Source of the DNA: Catajapyx aquilonaris
Taxonomy: Eukaryota
Reading direction: 5' to 3'
DNA: 37,790 nucleotides
NCBI GenBank assembly: GCA_000934665.2
Contig: KZ538210.1
Location: 62,001-99,790, forward strand
Shown: positions 10,164 to 22,100 of the stretch, one piece after another
Position numbering within the stretch: the stretch's first letter is position 1
Layout: each line of letters begins with the position of its first letter
Translations under genes and position numbers: made by a program
The notes under the pieces: generated by a model
Told to the model about the DNA's origin: nothing
The model's input: the letters and a program-made list of their open reading frames with translations, nothing else
Database searches by the model: none

Positions 10164-12798
10164 ATATGTAATGTTGTTTTTTTGTTAGGGGTTGGTTTTG
10201 GGTGGGCGTCCTGACTCGAACACGGGGGCGGCGGACTACCAGGGGTACCCCTTGAGAAAGTTACTTGGGATCTGCTGTTTTTGAAAGATTGGGCCAGGTT
10301 GTGATGGCGTAGTGTGGGTGTGATGTGACCTGTCTTGTTATTTTTTTGTTCTTTTATTATTTTGACTTTGTATGCAGAGATGTGTGAATTGGAATGCTTG
10401 TTAATTTAAAGAGAAATAAGGAAGAAAAACATGATTATACAGGTAAACTGGTCAACTGCCAAAAGGAAAGGACAAAGGAGTACATTGTTGAAACCAAAAA
10501 TAATTATTATATGAGAGTAGTTACACATGTGTGTGCATGAGTGGGCAGGTTTCTTTTCTTCATTGTGATGACCTGGGATGAAGAGTGATTCCTTTCTGAA
10601 GGCAGTGTTGTTTTGCACATAGTGTTCAAATGGAGTTTATGAAATGGATGATGAAATATTTATCTTGTCGTACATCACTGTGTGAATGGGATGTTAACTG
10701 CGTTGTCAGAAGCAATGAAAGAAAATCATGCACATCATGAAGACTATTAAGAGACGCATATAATATTTAGAAGCAGTATTGTTACCAGTGAGTGCAAGAA
10801 ACATAAAACTACACTTTATTATTTTTTATCTGCAGATAATAATAGTCCTGTCTCTGCTACAATTGAAGGCCTGTTGAAATGGCCCCTACTAGAATGGAAA
10901 ACTATAACTTCGTAAATAATTGAGAATACTGATAGATGGTTTTTGTGGGTGTGTTTATTTTATCATGTATGTAAACTTTTCTTTGTTAATTCCCTCACCT
11001 TGGCTTCCGGGGTTAGTTTTTATTCTATGATCAAATGATTGTAATGGGGGGAGTGTTGGGAGGCCCAAAATAATCAAGCAGAGATAATCGTGGTGACTGT
11101 CAGTCAAAGAACAAAAGCGTTGGCCTTCCAGCCTCCTTCCAGTGGTTTGTCATTGATGTGACTGGGTGTGCACGCAGTTCTAAGTAGGCAAAATCTTTTC
11201 TCTTGTAATTTTCTTTTTTTGTTATTAGGAATGTTGTAGAAATTGATATTCCTTTATTTTTTTGGTGCCTAGATGAAAAGGCCTATCAGAAATGTGTTTG
11301 CAAAGGTCTTTTTTTGGGGGTGAAAGAGTGTGTATGCATATATATATGAAGGAGAAAGGCTTGCTTCAACAGATTCATCATCAATCTCAGGGAGAGGAAT
11401 GTGTAGGAAGTGAATGATGAAGATCAGAGAGAAAGAGTGAGAATGATGGTTGAGGAAGCGAGGGAATATATATAAATATATATAAAATATAATTGAAAGT
11501 TTGCTTGTGGTGTGTGTGTTCAGTGTGCATTGGCTGTTGCAGAAAAAATATTTATTCGTATTTTTCCTGCCCTCTTTAAAAGAAAAAAAAAAAATCCTAT
11601 CCTGAACCTTGTCCTGCCTGCCTCTTGCAAAAGTCTTGGTGATGTGCCCAGTTTGTAACATACGGAAAGCATGTGGAAAATTAGAGCAGAAAGAGCGAAC
11701 GAGAGCGAGAGATCATCACAAAGCTCATATTTTTTTAAAAAAAGGTCATGGATATGTGTGTGAGAGGCCTAATGTGTCGTTAGAGAGACTGCATGCACCA
11801 CTTCGTGTTTTTTTCTGCCCCATCTCCCTTTTAATTATTTTCTCATCACCTCATTAGCTTCATAGTTGTCTACTGTTGCAAACATTTTATCTCGATTGCA
11901 TATGCAGAAGAAAGAAAGAAAAAAAAGGGGAAAACGAAAAGAGATGGAAAAAAAGAAAAGAAAACAGCAACCAGGCTCCTTCTACCTCCCCTCCATACTC
12001 CTATCCCCCTCCATAACATGATTTAACATAGCTTCATTTCACACAGGATTTACAATTTACCAACTGTTGAGAGATCTCTAAATTATAATTTGTGAGGAAA
12101 GTGTAAGTGACGTCGCTGCAAACCTAAGAGATTATGAACATATTCGTTCATAATGATTGAAAGTGACAAGTAGCCAATGTTAGTAGCCCTGGCTACGATT
12201 TCAGACACAAATTATGTTGTCATTGTTGACATTTGTACAGAGTTTTAAAAATATTTTAACCTTGTGTGATTTGCCTGTATATACAGAGTGTGTGCGACAT
12301 TTCTAGTTAATTTTATTACCCTTAACAGTCAGCTAGAGGTAATACCTGTGTGAATGAGGCCTTGGATATAAATCAATTTTTGTCCCATCTTGATTTGTGA
12401 TGGTGTGTGTACACAATGGGAGAGATTGAAAAATGTTATTATATGTATGTGTGTGTGCGCGTGTATATCACTGAGGTGAAGCGTTTCTATTGCATAAATA
12501 TTGTAGAAGGGGTGTTTGGCTTTACAAGTGTGAAACATTATATTTTATGACAAGAGGTGAATGGTTATAAACACAGCCTATGGGGAAGGATAGAGCAGAT
12601 GGGTGAAAAATGGAAGAATGAAAAATCATCTTTTATGAACGATGTGTGTTTGAGAAAGTTTTTTCTGAGGTTTGTTGAGTGTCCGCCAATGTGAGGAGAG
12701 ATCGAATTCTTTGCCATTTACACCAAGGTACAAAATGCTGTGTAGTTGGAAAGAGTGGTTTTGTGTGGAATTTGTGTGTTTATAAAACTATTATAAAC

Positions 12799-12804
12799 AA
12801 TAAA
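12799..12804 (+). terminator. Probable poly(A) signal ending a ~2.6-kb TDP-43 3'UTR
   Basis: AATAAA with UG-rich sequence upstream and a U/GU-rich tract downstream (12837-12849); a more distal AATAAA lies at 13961-13966. Confidence 0.55.
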
Positions 12805-14212
12805 TGATTCTCATGCATGCATCACATGGCACATCATTTTTTTTGTGTCAAGTAGTTCCTATGAATCGAGTGTTGACAAGGTGGTCAAAAGTCATCTTCA
12901 CCAAGTGATTTTATCAACATATGTCTGCCATTAGTTTCCTTGTTTTGTTTACCTGCTGACTTGAATGACACTTGCGAGTTGTTGCTCAAGTGACAAATTG
13001 ACCAACTTGTTAGCTTGAATCCATATCCTTCTTGGTCTATGTTTCTTTTGCTGTTTAGTCACCACCATCTTTTGCCTGAGGAGTGATTGTTGTTTGTGAT
13101 CTGCTGAGTGCATCCTGGACGAATGGAAGCGACGATGTCTGAGTCTTCCATTTCCATCGCTACACTACTGTAGTCCCGGTGAAAGGCACTGTGTGAGAGG
13201 TATGAGTGGGAGTTGGATGTTACGAGAATTTTTATTTAATTGACTCTGCAATACTCCCGTAATAATATCTTCCTCTCCCTACGAAATGTAATCGCCCAAA
13301 TAGCAATACATTTTTGTCGTCATTCATGTAGGTTTGGAGATTAACATATAAGCTGAGCAACGGAAATGAACCAAGGCTTGTACTTGCTTGCCTACAGAAA
13401 TTGAACTTAAATCTTTGAGAAGTAACTTTTCCACATGTCAAGTTATGTCAATGTTCTGTTGCTCAGAATCTAAATTTTTTTGTGGTTGCAAATGGGATTC
13501 TTGCAGCTCATGAATAACACTTTGCTTTTATTTTCATTCATTTTATCAGGGGAAATTTGAAGGCTGAGGTCAGTGGAGGCAGAGGTGTTGCTCGTTTTCA
13601 TTGTGAATTTCCATTATGTCCATCCAAACCAAACTATGTGGCAAAATGGTCCAGAACAACGTTGGAAGGTAAGTTCCTGCAACACTTTATATTTTCAGAG
13701 GGGATTAGAACTAACCTTCCAATAGTAGAGATATAAGTACGTATATGTGTGTGACAAAAATAACTGTATAAAAATAGGGGTGTGTGTGAACAGTTGTGGT
13801 CGAAGGGGTAATAGCAGTTGCAAGTGATGAGAATGTTTATACAGTGTGATGTTTTGGGAAATGGTGATGCAAGTACCTTAAAGTTACAATGTTGCCACAG
13901 TACAAATATTTTGGAATAGCAGAGATCATGGGTGACTAATGGATTATGATGAAAGCATTAAATAAAGGAGGCTGGCTTTTATGTGGAGTTTTACTTCCAA
14001 TTAAGATTGCACACTATATGGGTACGTACATATAATAATATGATTGTGCCTTTAGCCTGACACCACCTTCCTGAGTGTTCTGTTCATTGAGTTTCATTTG
14101 CCATCCACAAAAACTAATCCAACACAAAATAATTTGTTCACTGACATGTAACTGAAGTTTAAGATAGGAAGAATTCACCGTCAAGTGACATGTGCTAATT
14201 AATATACTGGTT

Positions 14213-15688
14213 TTACATCTGGTTTGTCTTGAGTGCTTTTCTTGCAAAGCGAGGGAGAACAAAGGCAGCAGAGTGGATCTCAGTAGAGTAGTAACGGAGG
14301 CCCATTTGATCCATCTCTTCCTCTGAGAACTGTTGGAGTGGGACATCAAACTTGGTTTCCTGACAAAGGAGCACGAGGCTTAGAACAATTCCCATGCAGC
14401 AAATAAGACAAAACTCACAGCATCCTTTCCGCAAAGTAGAAACCCAATTTGACCTCCAGGATAGGTGGGTATGCATGTGTAAGCATACGATACGGATGGG
14501 AAGATGGTCTGGGAGAAGCTGATCATGCTGTTTATCAGCCCTGCATTGTACCACATGTTCTCTCCTTGCGAGCAGATTATTCCTCCCTTCCTCAGTGCCT
14601 GGCTGGCCAGTTGGTAGTAGCGCTCTTGAAAGAGCGACTCGGCTGGTCCTAAGGATGAGATTAACATTGTTGCTGTTGAATTGCAGATTTGAAGAAGTTG
14701 GAAAATTCATTGATATACAAAGCACCCATTGCTGCAGTGATAAATGAAGCAAATAAAATTTTGTAAAACATTCATGCCTTGATTTGTTTCTATCTCGCGT
14801 AACATTTCCATGTTCTGAATCCTTCAGAATCAACTCGCTTATTATAATTATCCATGATGTAACACTATTTCAATCACACATAAATGTTTTGCTGATGGTA
14901 AGCTATTTGATAAATCCAACATAGGGCGAATTGCATGATTAATAATCTGTTGATTGTAAATTCAGAACTTGATTAATGACACGGTCAATTGATTGTTCTG
15001 GATTTACAACCATTCCTACCAGTGCAAGTAAATTACCCTGAGGCCTGATCTTCCGCATTCATTGCTTACCTATTGGATCTGACGAGTCGGTGATGATGAT
15101 ATCAAACTCATCTGTGTGATTCCCCATGAAATCAAATCCATCTCCAATATGCAAGGACAGCTTGGGACTGTCAAAACCACAGCCCATGAAGGGCAGGTTC
15201 TTCTTGGACAGCTCAATCACCTTCTCATCAATCTCACACTGGACAATGGATTCCACAGTGGGATGCTTGGCCACTTCCCTGGCCACTCCACCATCACCCC
15301 CTCCAATTATCAGAACCTGTAAAGCACAATTTAATAAATCAAAACGTAACGAAGATGTATGAATCAGTACCTTTTTGGGGCAAGGATGTGAGCATAGAGG
15401 AAGGAATGAGATCATTTCCTGGTATGCAAATTCATCCTTCTCCGTACACTGGATGACCCCATCCAGCACCAGAGCCCTTCCGTACGATTTCCTGGAATTT
15501 TAAAAAAATCCCTTGGTAGTACCGAATCCCCTAAATGAACTGTGTGCGCACATTTACGTTTTGAGGAAGAGTAGATCCTGGAAGTCCGACTTCTCCCTGT
15601 GCACCACCTCCTCCACTTCCAAGGACATCGCCTGCCCTGGCCAGAGAGGACTCAGCTCTGTGAACCACCCGCTCTTGAACTCATCCAT
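14213..15688 (-). CDS. SRM: Spermidine synthase, 291 aa
   Basis: Exons 15688-15558, 15491-15371, 15316-15070, 14648-14419 and 14359-14213 (876 nt). Motifs [76 protein letters not shown]...HSAAFVLP. Confidence 0.97.
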
Positions 15689-15702
15689 ACTTCGCTCTCA
15701 CC

Positions 15703-15990
15703 CTGGAAAGATTGCACTCTACCAACTTATAGCCTGTAGCACAACACAACGTTGGGAGCAACAATCACGGCTCATTAAACCTGAAATGGTTGTTGCCCCC
15801 CCTTTTACCTCGCTTGACACTCTGCAGCCTCCTCTCGCGTCCTGTGTCTTGAGGCAGACTGAGCGTGACCTTTGCCTTGAGTTGACTGTGGGAAACGTGA
15901 TGGGAGTCCAATGACTGGGCGAGATAATAAATGAAGAGGGGGGTGAGCCAGCAGCAGGCCGATTGGTTTCGGATTATCTTGACGTCAAGA
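15703..15990 (-). promoter_or_regulatory. SRM 5'UTR intron (15808-15703), non-coding first exon and proximal promoter
   Basis: Minus-strand donor GAG|GTAAAA at 15809/15808 and acceptor CTTTCCAG at 15703; CCAAT box (ATTGG on +) at about 15962; 14-bp palindrome TCTTGACGTCAAGA (CRE) at 15977-15990. Confidence 0.5.
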
Positions 15991-18511
15991 GACCTCGAGC
16001 TGACTGCATTCCTCGGCTGCCCAACTCGCCTAAAAAAGTACCTGAGGCCATCGATGCCAAAACTACATCGGGCCCTCTCTTTGCTCATGCCCTCAGCATC
16101 CCCCATCATCTGGCAATCAACACTAGCCCTCTCAATTCCCTACTCATTATATGATTCCCAAGAGCTATTATTATGTAGGAATTTCCACAGTATTATTTCC
16201 CAGCAGCTAAGGCGATCCCTTGACGTCTAAAAAAAAATTACAACCATTTTAATGCGTATTTTTGGCGTGCCACGGCGGCAATTATTTGATTACTGTAATA
16301 GGGTTCTCGAGCTTAGCTACTTTATTATAAAATATCAGGAACTTGGTGATTCAAATGATAATGTCCTTCTTGGCTCATTCTCATGATGGACCGATTCATT
16401 CGAGTTCGATTTTATCCTATATATTGGCGTGGTCGTGAATAGGCCAATTTATTGTACTCGGGCTGCATCATTATCGTAGTTTCATTATCGTCCCTTGTCA
16501 GTGTGTAGTACAGAGGTCAGTAACTGCAGTACTGTAGTGTGAAAGGGATAGGGTAGGTCATAGTGTAGCTACTACTCGTGTAAGGATGACATCACTGTCC
16601 TCCATCTCTTATCTCCGAAATTATTCACAATGATAGGTTATTGTCACGTGCGTCTTCCCAGATGTCATGTCAGTGACGTCACGTGCAGGTCGTCGAATGT
16701 TGGGGATGGGAAAAAGATGCCGTCGTACTAATGTACTGCATAGTACACATACCGTACTTGCGCCGTGACCACGAGGGAGGAAGGGGAAGAAAATTGTTAG
16801 ATACTAACTATATGATTGCAAGGATTGGGTGGTTTTACCGGGAGAATTTGGACTTTTATACTGCATAACCTTTTCGCGGATATCCTGCAAGGATAAGGAC
16901 TTCACCGTAAAATAGCGTGTTTTGTGCGGTGTAGTCTGCATTTTTTTTCTTCTTCAAGAATTTATATTACATTATTTTATCGAGCAAGATATCCATTTGG
17001 ATTGACTAAGGGTCCAGTTGTAATAACAAAAAATTAAGGAAGATCAAGGAATTTTTTTAAAGGATCACACTTCGAAGGATCTACCTGGTAAAACTTTTTC
17101 TGGACATTAGCCTCAGCTAAAATATTTGGTCGAAAATTCGGCACAAAATGGAGTATTAATAGCATTAATCCAGTTTAATCCAGTGCAGCCGTGTGTCTAC
17201 ATTGTGGGTTCCACTGTGAAGGACTTGGAGAAGAAAAAAAAAATCGGTCTAAAGCCAGTCCAACTTCCTTTAATCAAAACCTGTAAAGAAGTTAAATACA
17301 GATACTGTATACCACCATACACTTATTTAATACTGACCTGGCATCCATTTGGTATTTGGGTAAGTTCGACTCTCTTATAATTAAGAAATGCACTTAAATT
17401 GACATTTGATAACAAAATCTGCAACATACAATGTTCTGAAGTTGTTTCCAGATCAGTGTAATTATGGCATTTTATTGGGCTCTTAGGTAAAATGAAGGTG
17501 TAATTTTCAACACGGCTTTTGGTGACTTCATGTGCTTCATACCAGCCTACACCTTTCAAGTGGATATTGTTTGCAGATTTGTAGGTACTTAAAAATTGTA
17601 GTAGAAGGGTATGCAGCAATGCAATGGTTTGACTGACTGCGTTTATATTTTTCACTGGAGTTTCAGCTTATCAACTATCAATATCGTTAAATCCAGCTTT
17701 ATTAGGTGGTCTGGAAGCGGGTTAAAATTTACAAACATACAAACTTTCTCCTTTGTACTGTATACTTGGAAAATTATCATCATGGCCAATATAGTAATAA
17801 TAATAATAATAATAATAATATCCAGGTAGTGCTTGGCCTCTCGGCATGTAGCACTGACCTTTATTGGTACCATGTACATTTTTGGAACCTAATTATTGAA
17901 GCGCCCAGGCCCACGGGCAGGATGACAGGAGGGGATGTGCAAGGTGCAGTGCTATGTCCTTGTGTGGCCATTTTTAGTGAACTCCCCCAGGTGGTTTAGT
18001 CTATTGGAAATACCACCTGAGATGAAGCCAAAGGTGACCCTGAACTCTGCACGAGATGAAGGGGGTGTCCTCGGGTGGGATTTGATCCCGGAACCGTAAC
18101 ATCCGTGGGCATGTATTACGTTACCGCAGCACCACTTTGCCTCCACATCATGGCCAAAGTTTAGTTTTTGATGGACCTAAGAAAACCATCAGACGTGGCC
18201 TGTGATTAAGGATGTGATTCCCACCAGAGTCTTCGAAGTTGAAAATTACATTTTTGTTGTTGTTTTAATAATTGCATTAGCTACCTTGGTCATTTCCAAT
18301 TTACAAAGCAAGTAATATACCAGCGTAACTAGCTTGTAATTGTTAGTTACATTGATGAAACTTTTCAAGTCCTTTTGCCAGTGTGGAGTCAGTATTCAAG
18401 TTCATATTCCATGTTCTATGGCCACACTCCAACATACATTAAGTGGATCATTCCGTAACATTCACCTTCATCAAGTTTGGCAGCATTTTACGTTACTAGT
18501 TTGTTCCCTAG

Positions 18512-18558
<47 letters not shown>
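18512..18558. repeat. (ATT)n microsatellite; a shorter (AAT)n run lies at about 17795-17820
   Basis: Directly visible. Confidence 0.95.
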
Positions 18559-19122
18559 GCATAAGTCAGGCCTTTTAAAATAAGTCTAAATATACATAAT
18601 TATGTCAGAGCTATGTAAGTATGTAGGGGACTTGCTGTAAATGAGTTGATAATTATTATTAGACAGATGCATCAGGTTACAATAACACACAAATTAAATC
18701 AATAAAATTTAAATTAAGTACATATCATTAGGATAAGGCAGGAAGCCACACTTTATGGTACATGGTGACAGCAGTTTGTCCTCCACTGTGTCACCTCGCA
18801 CGTGAGCATAACAAATGAAAATACATATTTTAGTTGGCCAGCAGAGATGACCTCTCACTCACTCCGTATAGAATGCCACAAATATCACCCTTTCATGACT
18901 TTTCAATCATTAAAAATGACAAAGTTCACGAAAGAAACAATGTTAACATATATTTCAGATATAATCAAACACACTGTAATGCATATCGAACATAAGATGA
19001 CACACTGGTAATATTATATAAATGAATAGTATGCCACCTATTAGGCCTACTCAGAAAACATGGTTGGTAAAATGGCGCAAGTTTTGGCAGTGATGCATGT
19101 TAAGATCGCTGCTGCACATTCT

Positions 19123-22100
19123 TCAAGTCTGTCGCAGCAACCGCTGAACCCTCTGCAGCATGGCGGCTGTGAATGGCCCATCCCCAGTCTGCCCTGCCTC
19201 GTGGGTGGCCTGCAGCTTAGGCAATCCAGCCTCTTGCAGGCTTCTTCTCATTTCAGGCTGCAGCCTCACCCTGTCCTCTGCCGCTAGTGCTAGAAGCTGG
19301 CTCCACAGCAGTGCCAGTGATGCCTGCAGTATTATCCTTGCTAGCCGTTCCTTTCGCTGACACTGGTTATGCTTCATCTGCAAGCTGGACAGAACCTTAT
19401 GGCGGGCCTGGGCTAACCCCTGCTCGCCTGCCAAAGTTGTCGATGAAATGTCTATGCCACCTTCCTGGGCCACAATCTGGGCCAGTTCCGCAACTGAACT
19501 TGATGGCACAGCTGTCAGATGCCGCTGAAGAAGCCTCAGTTCCTCTCCTGCTGAATCCAGCCAGTTTATGCCATTTTTCACCTGCAGTACCACCGCTGAA
19601 AGCCCTGGAACCTTTCCTGTATACGTGAAAAAAAAGGGTGTCAATTGATAAGCAGGTTGAAAAAATATGCTCCATGAAGCAAACTCAGCTCATATCTGCA
19701 TTGGCCTTTTTTTTGGGTTAAATTTTCAAAAATCCAAAATTTTCATTTTTAAGGTAATTTCAAACAGGTTGTTAATGTGACATGTAAAATGGTATTGATG
19801 CCTTGCAACATCTAAAATTATTGCCAAAAAATATATATTGTATCTAATAATTCAAGACTTTTGTGATCCTAAGGCTGAATGTATTACATTAATACTGTAT
19901 TATGCCTTCAGATTAATATGTGCACTCTACTATTAAAGCATATTAATCAAAAGCAGTAAAAATTAGTTCACCTGGGCATTCAATCCCGACAGATGCATCC
20001 ATGACCATGCCTGGCTTGGGTGGCCCTGGTTGCATCTTGCCAATTCTGGCCATCTGCAGTGCCAACATTAATGTGTGGCACACAACCAGCAGTGAATCAT
20101 CTCCAGATGCCCGACTCAGAATCTGCAGAGCCATACGGATCAGCCTGCCCAATTTCGCCTCACTATTAACTTCGCTGGCCAGCACTGCCTCAGGGAATAG
20201 TGACTGTGCCAGAACTCCAACACACAATGTTGTCTCCTCATTACTCCCTTCCCGCATCATTCTGACAATAGTCTCAGCATGGGCCATCTCAAATGATAGC
20301 ACCATGGACGCTGCTGATTTGTCTATGGTACCCAATCCAAGAAGTATCGCATGGCATAAGCGTAAGACTGGCACACACATGTTGTCCCCTTCTGGCTGTT
20401 CCGAGTCCAAGCAATGAAGTTCAACCAGGCGCTGAGCCAGACCATTTTGAAGAAGTGCCTGCAACATGAATTTATGACATAATGGAAACAGTTTAAGGAC
20501 ACTGAGATATTCCTAATTACCTGTGAGCCATCAGGAGTTAAAGCAAGACGACATATGAATGCCAGCTTGGACTGGAACACACAGCTGCGCCTGACCACCT
20601 CATCTGGAGCAGACAATACCGCGTCGTCTTCTTGAAGTGAGGCTAGCAAGTGACGCAGGTATCCTTTCGAAGTTAGGTTCTGGAGCCAGGCTGGGTCACC
20701 AGATGATGCCAGGGAATCAAGGATAGAAAGTGCCAGCATCTTCGTGATTTCATGACCAGATGCTACATCACGACACAGCACCCCGATCAAAGTTTCACCA
20801 TAACCGCGTGCCACTTCATTGCACACTTCCCGCTGCACAGGTGTGTCGTCATGGTTCGCCAAACGCAGCAAGCAAAGTGCAGCACAGTAGAGGTTGGCAC
20901 GAGATCGCTGTGGAAGACCGCCAGATTGCAAGAGCCAAGAGATTATGGACGAGAATAGCTGGTGCATGGCAGCAGCACTGGACACCACGTCCCGCGAGGC
21001 TTCTCCTAGTCCAAGACACGTTTCTTGAAGGCACCGAGTGAGAACTAAGACAGTCCCGGAGGCTAGGCTGCAAAGTTGGGGGTTGGCTTGAGGTAAGAGC
21101 ATGCCACGTAAAAGAGTTTGGAGGATATCAACCAAGATGCGAACCCGTTCTTCAGGTGGTACAATGGATGATGGCATTGTCACCATCATGGTCTCTGTAA
21201 CTTGACGCCATGATTCCAGGAAATGCAGAACTGCCACTTCACCTGAACGATGTTTGTTAATTTCGTCTGCCATTTGTAATATGCCCCGCACTTCTTGCAT
21301 GATCATCTGACGCTGGCTAACTGCTGATGACTGCAGCATCGACACTTCTGAAAATAACACACGATGCACCTTACGAATGTCAATAAGTCCCTTCCGGTTG
21401 TGATGATATCTACAATCATCAAAGAGTTGCAGTACACGAGCATTATCAAAGTATTCCCAGGTAGCTCCTCTTGCCTCAGGTGGTCCAGTGAAGTCAACTG
21501 TCTCTAGCAGCACCAACAGAGGCAGCTGGTGCGGTCGGCCTTGTAGAAGGAGGGATGCCAAGCGCTCCAGATGTGAATGCTGGCGACTGCGTGCTGACGC
21601 AAGGGTCTCGACTGCAGCACAGCGGAGGATCCAACCAGATAAGTTGACAGTGGAAGTACTAGTTGCAAGTGCTTCCAACCATCGATACAAATGTCCAGTT
21701 GAATGCAAGTAACGCAGTAGTGGCATAGCTGTTGTGCTATCAGTGCATAGCGAGTGGATAACCTTAGCACACTTCTCGGCTAATGGTACTGATGGCGATT
21801 TAAGTGCCACCAGATCTTTGTCACTCTTGGTAAGTCCAGTATCCAGTATGGACAATAATGAATGAAGTACAGAGTGGGGTGAGCCCATTACTCCCGGGTT
21901 CTGAAGAGTTGTTGCCACAGGTCTTCGCAGGTCATACCCCAAGAAAAAGTGAGCCAGATTTGGTGGTGGATGTGGCAGGCACTTCTGCAGGAGTTCTAAA
22001 ATGGACAGCTTTGTGTTTTCACGAATGTGGTGTTTGGGACGAGTTCCTGGCAAAACATCTCTATCTTCATCACCATCATCTTCAATCCTGTCTTCGTCTT

